A stretch of 64,000 bases of DNA, from positions 124,001 to 188,000 of the forward strand of contig NW_026782464.1 in the NCBI RefSeq assembly GCF_031769215.1, written 5' to 3'. Below are positions 63,233-64,000 of this stretch, piece after piece. A model generated the notes under the pieces. That model did not search any database. It saw nothing but the letters and a program-made list of their open reading frames with translations, and was not told the origin of the DNA. The stretch is from Ylistrum balloti (Eukaryota). The number at the start of each line of letters is the position of its first letter. Within the stretch, counting starts at the first letter, position 1. The position numbers were made by a program, and so were the translations under genes.

Positions 63233-64000
63233 AGGGTTGTCCTTTGGTTTCTCCTGATTATAGATGGTAGTCACCGATAAATGAAATTCAGAATTTCACA
63301 AATAATTATAAAAATAAATCCATTATCTTATTTCTGTGCTACCGATTTGTTTTTACTAGTAAATATGTTTTAATTTAACGTGTATTGTGTAATTTAGTTC
63401 AAGTCTATAACTTCAGTGATGCGAACACGATTATCATCATTTTGACCTCATTGATCCTTGAACCCAATGCTCTCCGAAGACATACGTATCTAATGGATCT
63501 TAAGTATGCTTGAATTTGTAAAATATTCTGTTCACAATATATCACTTATTTCAATAAGTAACCTTTTATGTTTTAAGAACAAGCATACGGTTTATTTACA
63601 GACCTGCATACCGGATCGAATATCTTTGTCTTTCTATGATGCAATATGAAAACAAAACAATCATGTCTATCAGATGAGGCTAGAGAGTGTAATTAATAGT
63701 TTTTTTTAAAGACAAATCAGTAATATATAAACAAAAATAAGTTTGTATACAAAAGAAATATGTATTAGCAATGATAATATTTACTACCGAACGTACGAGT
63801 AAACTTAAGTCCTACAAGTACACATCTTAATTTTTATCCTAGCGTCATATCCATAATTTCACTGTTCAATTATTAAACATGTTTACATATGTATATGTCA
63901 AGTTATTGCTCTGCACAGCAGTAAAACGCACACGAGATTTCATAAACATTGTGGTAGATCCCTTATTCTGTAAAGCTTCTTTTTTTCTTACTTCAGACGT

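Larger units (their letters stand above)
41193..64000. repeat. Tandem segmental duplication: unit 1 41193-49937, unit 2 49938-59407 (9470 bp), unit 3 from 59408 to beyond the window end
   Basis: The junction motif AGTTAATTCTGAATTGAGATCACC occurs at 41193, 49938 and 59408. The ORF track repeats at +9469/9470 (47495 vs 56965) and +9488 (53508 vs 62996). Confidence 0.95.

Overview
AT-rich animal genomic DNA with spliceosomal GT-AG introns, probably from a lophotrochozoan such as a bivalve mollusc (inferred from the V-SINE, Penelope and satellite content and the gene set). Most genes are spliced and only partly visible in the ORF track. In order along the window: (1) a 5-exon minus-strand gene fusing a degenerate Tpt1/KptA N-terminal lobe to a BC-box and an AMN1-like LRR region (2550-4591); (2) two near-identical single-coding-exon otopetrin genes, paralog A; (3) a 39-bp 'minisatellite' at 28.1-30.4 kb that is actually the main exon of a 789-aa secreted polyprotein, with a signal peptide and about 59 EA(E/D)SPAIVS(L/V)-type peptides separated by KKR/RKR, plus a TATA+Inr promoter and a non-coding first exon; (4) head-to-head with it, an intact 12-exon monofunctional PHM-like copper monooxygenase whose peptidylglycine-binding residues are altered; (5) a tandem array of about 9.47-kb units, each carrying the PHM 3' exons, an otopetrin paralog B and a decayed Penelope element. 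The best candidate for a new system is the multi-core peptide precursor plus the non-canonical PHM, nested inside an otopetrin cluster. This resembles an animal RiPP-like or secretory-granule module, but the functional link is inference only. All alignments and residue mappings were done by eye from remembered reference sequences; no database searches were run.
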